DNA of 63,715 nt from a virus (Duplodnaviria > Caudoviricetes), in IMG/VR virus record IMGVR_UViG_3300025030_000014, positions 1-63,715 of that record; one strand, given 5' to 3'. Of this stretch, positions 9,188-18,697 are shown piece after piece. The stretch's first letter is position 1; the number at the start of each line of letters is the position of its first letter. The notes beneath the pieces are model-generated. The model was not told the DNA's origin. It was given only the letters and a program-made list of their open reading frames with translations, and made no database searches. The translations under genes and the position numbers were made by a program.

Positions 9188-9377
9188 GTGAGTGCATAAG
9201 TGAGTGTGATAGTATGAAAGGGGTCTATAGACAGAAAAGAAGAAAGAAAGAGGAGGAAAGAGATATAGATATACTAGAAAAAAAATATTAAAATTAATTA
9301 ATGTATATGTCCTCCTTTCTCTTCTTCTTTCTCTACCAAGGGGGTCTGTATACTATCACACTCACACACGCACTCAC
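9188..9377. repeat. Long imperfect palindrome around an AT-rich core (candidate replication origin)
   Basis: Arms 9188-9215 and 9350-9377 are inverted repeats (24/28). The inner purine-rich and pyrimidine-rich arms flank an almost pure A/T centre (about 9279-9302). Confidence 0.6.
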
Positions 9378-9673
9378 AAAGAAATAAGACAAACAGATTA
9401 GAGAATGGACAAACAGGTTAGAAGAGCTTAATAATTATGCCCTAACTACAGGCCACGCGCTTGTGCTATACTTTGGGCAAAGAGGTAGACTTGAGGCAGG
9501 TAGTAGGTAGTGGTATGAAGGAAAGACTGGAGTTGGCTATTAGGTTTATTCAGATAGCGAGGGATATGGGGAAGAGGTAGGATAGTCTAGGGAGTAGCAG
9601 GTAGTCTTTCTTGCTACTCCCTGGGATGTGCTAGACTTTCACCACGAATAGTAGATAGAGGAGATAGAGAGCC

Positions 9674-10174
9674 ATGAAGAACTTGCAGAGATTGGCGGAT
9701 TCGTTTTGTAGTACTCATGGGTTGGAGAAGATACCTGTAGAGTTTAAGGCGATTAAGAGAGCTAATGGGCTTTATTGTTGGAAGGGAAACTCTGCGGAGA
9801 ATAGCAGGATAGTGCTGAGTAGTGGGATAAAGGAGCACTATGGGTTTGCTCAGCAGATGAGTACGTTGCTGCATGAGCTTACGCATTACTATTGTCATGT
9901 GAAGTTTAATGACGTGCAGCATAGTGAGACTTTCAAGAAGTATTGTAGCATGTTCGGCGGGACGATGAATGAGAGTATGGCGGGAGAGGAGTACTCTGAA
10001 GCGGCTAGTCAGCAGTATGTGAGTAGTGCTATAGAGTTTAGGCTTCAATGCTCTTGTGGGCGTTGTAGAAGTCAGAGGTATTTGAAGCTCCCAGCGCTTT
10101 CTTATAGAAAGAATCGCTGGTGTGGGAGTTGTATGGAGACTATGGATATGTGGCAGAAGGTGGGATGTAGGTAA
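9674..10174 (+). CDS. SprT-like zinc metalloprotease
   Basis: TLLHELTH...H..F motif and C-terminal CSC...CGSC zinc ribbon. Confidence 0.85.
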   Translation: MKNLQRLADSFCSTHGLEKIPVEFKAIKRANGLYCWKGNSAENSRIVLSSGIKEHYGFAQQMSTLLHELTHYYCHVKFNDVQHSETFKKYCSMFGGTMNESMAGEEYSEAASQQYVSSAIEFRLQCSCGRCRSQRYLKLPALSYRKNRWCGSCMETMDMWQKVGCR

Positions 10175-10195
10175 CTCTAACTAAGGAGAAGAGAG

Positions 10196-10420
10196 ATGAA
10201 AGAGAAGAAGATGAGAGTGGTAGCTAAGAATGTAGGGACGTGTACTTATTTCACGGCAGGGAAGTATTATGTGGTGAATAGACTCTCTAGTAATGGTTGT
10301 GGTGGAGAGGTTACTGGAGATGATGGGCAGGAGTGTTTTATTCATTTTCCGTATAGCTCACATATAGATGATAATTCCTGGAGAGTGGTGGGTGAGAGGA
10401 CGATACGGAAGATGCCTTAG
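10196..10420 (+). CDS. Small SH3/beta-barrel-like hypothetical protein
   Basis: FTAGKYYVV pattern; TAAGGAG RBS. Confidence 0.6.
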   Translation: MKEKKMRVVAKNVGTCTYFTAGKYYVVNRLSSNGCGGEVTGDDGQECFIHFPYSSHIDDNSWRVVGERTIRKMP

Positions 10421-10509
10421 GTCAGTCTAGGGAGGAAGAGAATGAGAGATACTATCCTGTTCTCTTCTTTCGTGGGAAGGACTAAAGAAGATCACTAAGG
10501 AGATGTACT

Positions 10510-10683
10510 ATGTTTGAATGTACCTGCTACTTCTGTAAGAATGGTAAAGAACATCCTGGGAGTCATGTAGTATGGGAGGATGATAATCCCGTGCTGCTCA
10601 AAAGTAATTCGCTCAGGAAAGAGGATATAGTGTTGATGGAGTTTTGTAGTACTTGTGGGCATAGTAGAAGGAAAGAGGAGTAG
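10510..10683 (+). CDS. Small Cys-rich protein (57 aa, not in ORF track)
   Basis: MFECTCYFCKNG...FCSTCGH; TAAGGAG RBS. Confidence 0.55.
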   Translation: MFECTCYFCKNGKEHPGSHVVWEDDNPVLLKSNSLRKEDIVLMEFCSTCGHSRRKEE

Positions 10684-10732
10684 GACGGGTAGATAGGTAG
10701 TCTTGGGTGCAATCCAACAGAGGAGAGTGGCT

Positions 10733-11020
10733 ATGAAAAAGCTAGTACTAGACCCAGAGAAGTACAGAGCACCAGTAAATGAGCAGGAAGCCCTGGAGTA
10801 TATTACTACTCACAGGGAGTATGTAGTTGAGGATAATAGAGGAAAACTCTGGAATTGTCGGAGTAATGGGAAGCTTAAGACTTTCGTTAAGTCTGGTAGC
10901 TGGAGAAAGCCTGTTAAGCATGGGTTGTATGAATGTTTTTCTATTAGTTATATTAATGGTATTACTCAGCAGTCTGGAGATCATCCCTGGGAGTTTCTGA
11001 GAATAGCGAAAGGAGAGTAG
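10733..11020 (+). CDS. Hypothetical protein
   Basis: GAGGAG RBS; RSNGKLKT...PVKHGLY pattern. Confidence 0.65.
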   Translation: MKKLVLDPEKYRAPVNEQEALEYITTHREYVVEDNRGKLWNCRSNGKLKTFVKSGSWRKPVKHGLYECFSISYINGITQQSGDHPWEFLRIAKGE

Positions 11021-11022
11021 AG

Positions 11023-11241
11023 ATGTTCTACGCACAGAAACGCAGACATGGGTGTGAGATACTAGGGAGTAATGGCATCATGATGTTAGATGCTAGGTGG
11101 AGTAGGAGTACGGCAGAGAGGTATGTGGTAGAGCATTTGAAGCTGTATAACCTGGACTGTGCAGATGCGTACCAGTTGTTCAAAGGCGAGAAGTTTACAA
11201 CTGCTGTAGCTGTGAGTCCTGTTATTCCTCTAGAGCTATAG
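11023..11241 (+). CDS. Hypothetical protein
   Basis: RBS present; packed in the operon. Confidence 0.55.
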   Translation: MFYAQKRRHGCEILGSNGIMMLDARWSRSTAERYVVEHLKLYNLDCADAYQLFKGEKFTTAVAVSPVIPLEL

Positions 11242-11319
11242 CCCATGGTTCTCGGTAAGGGAGCCAGATAGAAGTAGTTCCTCACCACAAGATAGATAAC
11301 CTGGAGAAGGAGAGTAGTC

Positions 11320-11622
11320 ATGGAAAGTCGTAGAGTGGTGCTTAGTGAGCTGTATCAGCAGGCTAAGCAGAGGATGGACTGGGAGAAGATACAGGCTTAT
11401 ATGGTGCTGAATAAATGGAAGTGGCAAGGAGAGACTCCTACAGTCGAGCAGATGGAGCATACTTGTGACCAGCTCTATGCGGCGCTTAATGTAGAGAAGG
11501 ATTACTACAGAGTCTCTACAGGAGGATTTGTCCTGACATTCTTTGTCTGGGAGAGTTGTATAGAACTCTGCCTGGATTTTGTACTTGAGCATCAAGGGCA
11601 GGAAGAGTCGTTGAGAGATTAA
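11320..11622 (+). CDS. Hypothetical protein
   Basis: AAGGAG RBS; motif WEKIQAYM..W.W..TPT...STGGF. Confidence 0.65.
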   Translation: MESRRVVLSELYQQAKQRMDWEKIQAYMVLNKWKWQGETPTVEQMEHTCDQLYAALNVEKDYYRVSTGGFVLTFFVWESCIELCLDFVLEHQGQEESLRD

Positions 11623-11826
11623 TCCCTGTTTAGAGAGTAGAAGCACTATGATGTTTCTACTCTCTAGGAAGGGTTAATAGCAACAGAAGCTATAACCTCG
11701 TCAGTACAGTGCAGGGGAGAGTGGTAGAGCTTTCACTTTCTAGTCACTTTCTCCTGCTGTCCTCGGTGTTGGAAATGGAATCGGAGAGCTACGAAGTTTC
11801 ACAGCTTCACTCAAGGAGAACTTGCT

Positions 11827-12459
11827 ATGTATATCCAGCTGACTACGCGTTGTAACATGCTCTGTGGACATTGTTGCTTCTCCTGCACAGCTAGAGGAGT
11901 AGATATGTCCCAAAGGACTTTTGACAAGGTTATAGCACTGTGTCGTGAGGAGTATGTGACTCTCGGAGGAGGAGAGCCGACTCTCCATAAGAGGTTCCAG
12001 AGCTATCTTCTCTCCGCTATAGCAGAGTGTGAGGGAGTGTATGTTATTACCAATGGGACAGTGGAGAAGACAGCACTCTTGCTTGCAAAGCTAGCAAAGG
12101 CAGAAGTAATAGGAGCGCAGCTCTCCTTCGACAAGTACCATGATAAGAGTATGATCTCTCCAGCTGTACAGGATATCTTCCACGCGCTAAAGCTGGATAA
12201 GGATGTTAGTCGTGTACTCTCTAGAGGCAGAGCTAAGGAGAATGATCTCTCTACCCTTGATGAGTGTTGTTGTGATGATCTATTCTTTGCTCCTACAGGG
12301 AATGTCTACACTTGTGGATGCAAAGCTATCAAGCTCGGTAGTGTACACGACCTGGGCATTCAGGACAAGATAGTAGAGTATCAGAGTTTCTCAGACTACG
12401 AGAATCCATGTGGGAAAGACTTCAAGACTGAGTGGAATAGTAGATCTTCCAACCTCTAA
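11827..12459 (+). CDS. Radical SAM protein
   Basis: CNMLCGHC (CxxxCxxC), LGGGEPTLH, ITNG and a C-terminal Cys cluster (CCC..GNVYTCGC, twitch/SPASM-like). Confidence 0.9.
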   Translation: MYIQLTTRCNMLCGHCCFSCTARGVDMSQRTFDKVIALCREEYVTLGGGEPTLHKRFQSYLLSAIAECEGVYVITNGTVEKTALLLAKLAKAEVIGAQLSFDKYHDKSMISPAVQDIFHALKLDKDVSRVLSRGRAKENDLSTLDECCCDDLFFAPTGNVYTCGCKAIKLGSVHDLGIQDKIVEYQSFSDYENPCGKDFKTEWNSRSSNL

Positions 12460-12473
12460 CAGAAAGGCTAAGT

Positions 12474-12665
12474 ATGAAGGATAATGTGTTAGTAGAACTC
12501 CGAGACGATCAGCATCGACTGCTAGGAGAAATCTCTAGAGTCATTCAGCAGAAAGGCTCTGCTGCTTCTCTACGAAAGATAGAGTATCGCGGCAAGCAAT
12601 ATGTCATGTACGGAGGAATCCGTACTCCCTACTGGATAACCATTTATGAAGAAAAGGAGAGCTGA
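12474..12665 (+). CDS. Hypothetical protein
   Basis: Packed ORF with RBS. Confidence 0.5.
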   Translation: MKDNVLVELRDDQHRLLGEISRVIQQKGSAASLRKIEYRGKQYVMYGGIRTPYWITIYEEKES

Positions 12666-12666
12666 G

Positions 12667-12960
12667 ATGAGCAAGAGTCGTGCAGTACAAGGAAGTACAA
12701 TACAAGAAGTAAAGACTGGACTTCAATCCACTTCTTTCATCCGTGAGCCTGCAAAGAAGCAGTATAAAACAGTCAATGGTAAAAGGTTTGTAGTCTTTTG
12801 TGGCTGTGAGGCGATAAGTAAAGGATTAAGTATCTCTGCTAATCACCCCAACTTCTGGAAAGCCTCTTGCGTCATAGTCTCTTATAGAGAATGTCCTAAG
12901 TGCAAATGTGCTAGCTACATCGACATCACCTCGCTCAACCTCCCAGAAAGGAGTTACTAA
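12667..12960 (+). CDS. Zinc-ribbon hypothetical protein
   Basis: CGC...CPKCKC; AAGGAG RBS before ATG 12667. Confidence 0.55.
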   Translation: MSKSRAVQGSTIQEVKTGLQSTSFIREPAKKQYKTVNGKRFVVFCGCEAISKGLSISANHPNFWKASCVIVSYRECPKCKCASYIDITSLNLPERSY

Positions 12961-12961
12961 C

Positions 12962-13843
12962 ATGGCTAGACTATGCACTTTCACCATTTCCATCGAAGTA
13001 GACGAAGACTTCACCGACTCTGATGCTCAAAAGCACTGTGATGATCTTGAGCATCTACTAGCATCTTCTTTCTACATCAACGACGCAAGCTACGAACTGG
13101 AAGAGGAGTAGCTCTCATGTCCTTCAAAGGAACTATCCATCTCACCCATACTGGCTACTACGCAGGACGTGTCTTCTGCGGAGCTGTCAGAACAGAGGTA
13201 GACACCTACATGCACATACCATATTCCCACACTAAAGAGTTCCTAACTAACCCAGCACTATGTCCTGATTGCTTAGAAGTACTGGAAGCTAGTGAGAATG
13301 CTGAGCCTGAAGCTCAGTAGTAGTTATCCCCTCCCCACTGCCCTTGACCTTCAGCTAAGGAGACTTACGAGATGACGCAGAGAAGAAGCAAGTTAATTTA
13401 TGCTATAGAAGACTTGGATTATCCTATCCTTCTACTGCAAGAAGGGAATGATAGATTCTCGGTGGTATATGGTCAGCAGGCTAAGACAGGGCTAGGCTAC
13501 TCAGCAGCGAAAGAGAAGTTCGCTGATTGTCTGTTTCATGCACTCGCACTTGCAGGCAAGTTTGCTCAATAGTCCCAGTTTAGAGAGTAAGAGCTTCTAG
13601 GGTTCTTACTCTCTAGGATGTGCTATTGAAGGCACACATAATGAATAGGAGGATGTGATGAATAAGAAGATCATACTTAATGGAGTAGAGTTCTACAGAT
13701 ACATGGAGAAAGACTCTCATGGTTCTAGGAGTGAGAACTACTGGATAGATAAGAAGTTAGTCACTTCAGTAGAGTTTACCAGAGAGCTTAAAGCTCAATT
13801 AGGCCCTGAAATGCTCAGTGCATTGCATTGTGTGTTTTATTAG
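12962..13843 (+). other. Cluster of small hypothetical early genes (12962-13111, 13117-13320, 13372-13572, 13655-13843)
   Basis: Each ORF is preceded by a GGAG-type RBS, co-oriented. Confidence 0.55.
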
Positions 13844-13895
13844 TAGTCCAACCATTCCACCAGCACTACCATGCTGGAAACTAAGGAGAGAAGAG

Positions 13896-14132
13896 ATGAC
13901 TAAGAAGCAGAAGTTTAAAGTAGGAGATCTAGTAGAGATCACAGGGAGTGAGGATTACTACTTCCATAAAGGAGATAGGGCTGTGCTACTCAAGCAAGCC
14001 TCTGCTGGCGACTGGTATGCGGATTTCAACAACCAAGGCAATCCTACTATCACTCAAGAAGGTCAATGGTGGATAGGGGATGGTAAGGTTCCTAAGGAAT
14101 ACACTTTCCGTCTAGTCGGAGGAGATAAATAA
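13896..14132 (+). CDS. KOW/SH3-like small protein
   Basis: KFKVGDLVEI start; TAAGGAG RBS. Confidence 0.6.
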   Translation: MTKKQKFKVGDLVEITGSEDYYFHKGDRAVLLKQASAGDWYADFNNQGNPTITQEGQWWIGDGKVPKEYTFRLVGGDK

Positions 14133-14133
14133 C

Positions 14134-15693
14134 ATGGCTAAGATATCCACAAAGTCCTGGCCTAAGAAGTCATGGGAGAAGCCAGCCCCACGTCCTGAGT
14201 ATGTAGAGAAGAGCTTTACTCCTTCACCCATGCAACAAGACTTCTTCTCATGGGTGCAGGAAGGCTCAGGTAGTGCTATCCTTGAAGCAGTAGCAGGATC
14301 GGGAAAGACTACTACTCTTATTCACGCTACCAAGCTGATGAAGGGTTCCGTGTTCTTCGGAGCTTTTAACAAGGCCATAGCTGAGGAGATTGCCCACAAG
14401 ACAGCTTCTAACCCTCTAGTCACTGCTTCTACTCTTCACTCCGCAGGATATTCCATCTGGAAGTCCCATGTAGGGAAGTGTAAAGTAGATAGCTGGAAGG
14501 TTACTAATATCTTCCGAGAGCTGTTTACTGAGGAGAAAGAGCAGGAGTTTTTATATGCTGTTAAGGATCTAGTAAGCTTTGCCAAGCAAGCAGCCACCTC
14601 CCTGAGTGGCCTGAATGACGCCTCTACCTGGGAGCAACTCTGCGGAGACTTCATAGATCGGTATTCTATAGCTGTACCTGATAATCAAGATGAGCTGGCT
14701 ATAGAGATGTCGAGGGAAGTGCTATTGAAGAGTAACTCTGTGAAGGACGTAGTAGATTTCGACGATATGATCTACTTCCCTGTGCTTCATGGAATTAGAT
14801 CAGTTACTCAATACGACTGGGTACTCATAGACGAAGCTCAAGACACGAACTACTCTCGTAGAAAGCTCTCTCTTCTACTGCTCAAATCAGGTGGCCGTCT
14901 AGTAGCAGTCGGTGATCGGCACCAAGCTATCTACGGATTTACTGGTGCCAACTCAGATGCACTAGACCTTATCCGGCAAGAGGTTAAGGCTATCACGCTT
15001 CCCCTTACTGTCACTTATCGCTGTCCTTATTCTGTAGTAGAAGAGGCAAGACGCTACGTAGGTCACATTACAGCCTATGAAGCTAATCCTGTCGGGCAAG
15101 TACGCCACCTAGAGCAGAAGGATCTGTTCTCTAGTACTTCTGCTGGAGACGCTATCCTCTGTCGAGTCAACGCACCACTCGTAGAGCTAGTCTACAAGTT
15201 CATCGCTAAAGGCATAGGAGCCAAGGTAGAAGGACGTGAGATCGGGACTAACCTTAAAACTCTACTCAAGAAAGTCCCTGACTTCTCTTCCTTTCGTTCT
15301 TTCTTCCATGGACTAGAGGTGTGGGGAGATAAGGAAGTAGAGAAGCTAACCTCTAAGGGTCACTTTGTCAAAGCTCGTAACCTTGAGGACAAGCTCTATT
15401 GCCTGAATATCATAGCCAACAGAGCAGATAGTCTCAATCATAACTCAGGTTCTCCCAAAGAGGATATTCTCCGTGAGATAGACAATCTCTTTGGGGATAA
15501 TCTCAGTGGAGTAGTAATCCTCTCTTCCATCCACAAAGCCAAAGGCCGTGAGTGGAAGAATGTTTACTATCTCACTACGCCCACGAGGAAGAACTTGCAG
15601 GATTGGGAGTTAGAGCAGGAGAGGAATCTTGCTTATGTGGCTATTACAAGAAGTATGGCGAATCTTTATTTCGTCGAGTATGAAGGGAAGTAA
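14134..15693 (+). CDS. UvrD/Rep-family (SF1) helicase
   Basis: AVAGSGKTT, LIDEAQD, VGDRHQAIYGFTGA, TYRC, SSIHKAKGRE, AYVAITR. Confidence 0.95.
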   Translation: MAKISTKSWPKKSWEKPAPRPEYVEKSFTPSPMQQDFFSWVQEGSGSAILEAVAGSGKTTTLIHATKLMKGSVFFGAFNKAIAEEIAHKTASNPLVTASTLHSAGYSIWKSHVGKCKVDSWKVTNIFRELFTEEKEQEFLYAVKDLVSFAKQAATSLSGLNDASTWEQLCGDFIDRYSIAVPDNQDELAIEMSREVLLKSNSVKDVVDFDDMIYFPVLHGIRSVTQYDWVLIDEAQDTNYSRRKLSLLLLKSGGRLVAVGDRHQAIYGFTGANSDALDLIRQEVKAITLPLTVTYRCPYSVVEEARRYVGHITAYEANPVGQVRHLEQKDLFSSTSAGDAILCRVNAPLVELVYKFIAKGIGAKVEGREIGTNLKTLLKKVPDFSSFRSFFHGLEVWGDKEVEKLTSKGHFVKARNLEDKLYCLNIIANRADSLNHNSGSPKEDILREIDNLFGDNLSGVVILSSIHKAKGREWKNVYYLTTPTRKNLQDWELEQERNLAYVAITRSMANLYFVEYEGK

Positions 15694-15715
15694 CCTCTAA
15701 CTAAGGAGCTATGTA

Positions 15716-16090
15716 ATGAATAGAAAAGATGCAATAAAGATTCTTCGTGGAGGGGAAGGACTAACAGACGAGGCAGCTTTACTCCTGCTGTTAGTCAAGT
15801 ATTCTGGTAAGCTGACAAAGGCAGATGAGCTTATTATAGAGAATCTGCGCTTCTGCTGTCCTCTCTGCCAGATTCATTGTAATAACTCTCATTGTCAGGA
15901 TAAAGGAGCTTGTCCTTGGCTTAGGTTTACGGACTTCAACTCCCTAAGTGGTGACAAAGCTTGTGTAAAATGGAGAAGAAGTCAAGACTCCAGTATAGAG
16001 GTAAAATTTGCAGAACTACCAGAGCATATCCTGAATAAGCGTATAGAGATGATAAAAGATTGGCTTAAGATAATTAGAGCAGCTAAGTAG
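15716..16090 (+). CDS. Cys-rich hypothetical protein
   Basis: CCPLC...C...CPW...C; RBS. Confidence 0.6.
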   Translation: MNRKDAIKILRGGEGLTDEAALLLLLVKYSGKLTKADELIIENLRFCCPLCQIHCNNSHCQDKGACPWLRFTDFNSLSGDKACVKWRRSQDSSIEVKFAELPEHILNKRIEMIKDWLKIIRAAK

Positions 16091-16363
16091 TACTCACCTC
16101 TAACTAAGGAGATCTACAATGAAAGACTTACTACAGCAACTCTGGGATGAGTACAAGTTAGCTATCGACGTAATAGACGACCTCAATGACGAGCATCCCT
16201 TTCTCACTGATACTCAAGAGATGCAAGAGCTACGAGGAAAGTTAATCGAAGCAGGAGTAGCTATCTAACCCCTTACCCATACACAAGAGAACTCCCACCT
16301 CTCTTGTGTATCAATAAGGGGTTAGGTAGGAAGTCCAACATTCAATCACAGAGGAGATTTTCA

Positions 16364-16765
16364 ATGCGAAAGTTACTACTCACTACAGCTTTACTAGTAC
16401 TACTCTCCAGTCACTCCTTAGCTGCACCTTGGAGCAAGACTGACATCGCTCTCCAGTCCATCACCACAGTCACCCTTGCTGCTGACTGGAGGCAGACTAG
16501 GGATATCAAGAACCACCCTGAACTACAAGAACTTAACCTCCTCCTAGGCCCTCATCCTAGCAACGAGAAGATAGATATGTACATGGGAGGAGCTATAGTA
16601 GGACATGCTCTCATCTCTCACTATCTCCCTGACCTTGTGCTTCTCTGCGGAGGCTCTCCTGCCGCAGCAAAACTCTCTCGTACTATCTGGCAGGCAACTT
16701 GGATCGGCCTAGAGACTAGTGCTATTGCTAATAACTATGCCATGGGGATCAAAGTAGGATTCTAA
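16364..16765 (+). CDS. Signal-peptide membrane protein (D..QT..I...E.N..LG.HPS family), paralogue 1
   Basis: Cleavable signal peptide; similar to 42639-42995. Confidence 0.7.
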   Translation: MRKLLLTTALLVLLSSHSLAAPWSKTDIALQSITTVTLAADWRQTRDIKNHPELQELNLLLGPHPSNEKIDMYMGGAIVGHALISHYLPDLVLLCGGSPAAAKLSRTIWQATWIGLETSAIANNYAMGIKVGF

Positions 16766-16976
16766 AGGAGACTTTCTATGCTATACCTAATCATCACCTT
16801 ACTAGCTCTTGTCCTAACCTGCCTCATCCTCAGCCCTGTTGCTAACTTGGTAGCTGTGGGAGTCTTGACAGTAGTTTTCTTGCTCCTTTGCATGATTACC
16901 CTTGCCTGAACTTGCCAAGCAGGATTCTACACCTGCTTATTACTGGAACGCTAGACTATAGAAGAGGAGAAGTGAG

Positions 16977-17285
16977 ATGAGCAACCTTCCTAAGATTTAC
17001 TGTTTCTCAAATGTCCGTGGTGGTGGAGATGGAATTGCCTACGCAATGGCAGAGGATGGTACTGTGCTAGGTAGTCACTGGTGTAGTCATGAATACTATG
17101 TTCCTGGAGATCTTGGAGTAACAGAAGGTAGTCGGCCAGATCGACACGAAGAGAGTTACTCTAAGCACTATCCTAATGGCTATGAGATGGAGTTTGTCAG
17201 AGCTGCTGAAGTAAAGAGTCATGAAGGCTTGATGAAAGCTTTTGTGCTGAATACTAAGCAAGGTGAAGAATCCAAGGAGTCCTAG
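16977..17285 (+). CDS. Hypothetical protein
   Basis: RBS; AMAEDGTVLGSHWCS...YPNGYEMEFV. Confidence 0.7.
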   Translation: MSNLPKIYCFSNVRGGGDGIAYAMAEDGTVLGSHWCSHEYYVPGDLGVTEGSRPDRHEESYSKHYPNGYEMEFVRAAEVKSHEGLMKAFVLNTKQGEESKES

Positions 17286-17287
17286 TC

Positions 17288-18194
17288 ATGCTCCCCACCA
17301 ACATCTCCACAGACCTTGCTTTCGAGACTTACCTTAAGTCTCTGCATAAGGCAAGGACAGTCATGCCACAGCTATTCGTGTACGGCTATCTACACGCGCT
17401 AGGGGATAATGAGTTACTGACTACGAGGCTTACTAGATTCAGATTACAATTCAACATCCAATGCCCCACTACCTCAGATCGGATTCTTTCAATATGGTAT
17501 TTGTTATCATCATACTAAGGAGACTTCATGCCTAAGATAATTCAAGATGAATTTACAGACTTACCAATATCCGCCCCTAGAAAGTGGCAACTTAGACAAC
17601 TAAAAGCTGGTAAGTGTTGTACTTGTGGGAAATCTGCAATATATGGAGGTTTCTGCTCCGAGCACTTAAAGCAAAATAGAACTACATGCAGGAATATTTA
17701 TCGGAAATCTCATGGTATTCCAGTAGACTTACCATTATTACCAAAAGGGCTAAAGTATGGTATTTAAATTTAAGACTTATGTTGAATAACTCTATCTATA
17801 AAGGAGACCTCATGCTCTGCAACTCTGCTATCTGTCCTTTCCTACAGGAGTGTAAGCGTCATGTGTCAAAGGTTCCAGTGCATCAGAAGAGATTTAAGGA
17901 TGTACATATTAAGGACTTCACTATCGGCATCATCATCGGGGACGAAGGATTGTATTGCTACCAGTTTAAGGAGAAGGTGAGATGAGTAGAAAATATCAAA
18001 CAGAACAGTTAATAGAAGATAATCAGAGAATGAAAGAAGCTTTACTTAAAATCAGTAAGTGGCATGGGGAGTTTCCTATAACTGGTGAAATGTGGGCAAA
18101 TGGAACTCCAATGAGCTACAGTACTTGTTATGGCTCTAATGGAGAACGTGACTACATGAGAGAAGTAGCAAGGAAAGCTTTAGAAGGAGAGTAG
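17288..18194 (+). other. Cluster of small hypothetical genes (17288-17518, 17528-17767, 17812-17985, 17982-18194)
   Basis: Co-oriented ORFs with RBSs; two are Cys-rich. Confidence 0.55.
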
Positions 18195-18196
18195 TC

Positions 18197-18526
18197 ATGG
18201 AACCCACTCGTATCCACAGGACTAAAGTCTACTCACTCCTACACGCACAACGAGGTATGCTCTTCTCTGTAGACTTTATAAAAAAGGATCTTTCTCATCG
18301 TCATCTCACCGGCATGATAAAGCCTCCTAAGCCTCATCCTAAACGTCCAGCACCAGCGAAGGACTCCAACTCCTATCTCCTCATGTGGGATATGACGGAG
18401 TATAAGAAGTTACGACGTGAGGGAGTAGAAAAGGAAAAAGCTTCCGACTCTTGCTACCGACTCGTGAATATGGAGACTGTCTACATGTTTCACTACAAGA
18501 AGGTTTACTACGTTGTCGTAGACTAA
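18197..18526 (+). CDS. WYL_2/Sm-like SH3 beta-barrel protein
   Basis: FSVDFIKKD.S.R.L.G...WD...YR.VN pattern. Confidence 0.6.
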   Translation: MEPTRIHRTKVYSLLHAQRGMLFSVDFIKKDLSHRHLTGMIKPPKPHPKRPAPAKDSNSYLLMWDMTEYKKLRREGVEKEKASDSCYRLVNMETVYMFHYKKVYYVVVD

Positions 18527-18697
18527 CATGACTTTTAATTCTATCCCAAGGAGCCTTACCAATGCAATGTCACAAGTGTGATTCCCGTGTTTCCTGTACT
18601 CGCTGTGCTGGCTGTGAGCATCATGAGGTGGCTACTATCACCTGTCACCATTGCTTGCATTCTGAAGTGAAGTGCTATCATAAGGAGAAGAAGGAAG

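Noticed and set aside
9184-9423. GTGA-type and GACAAACAG repeats as a CRISPR array
   Set aside because: There is no regular repeat-spacer periodicity, and the Cas4-like nuclease belongs to the Sak4 recombination module.
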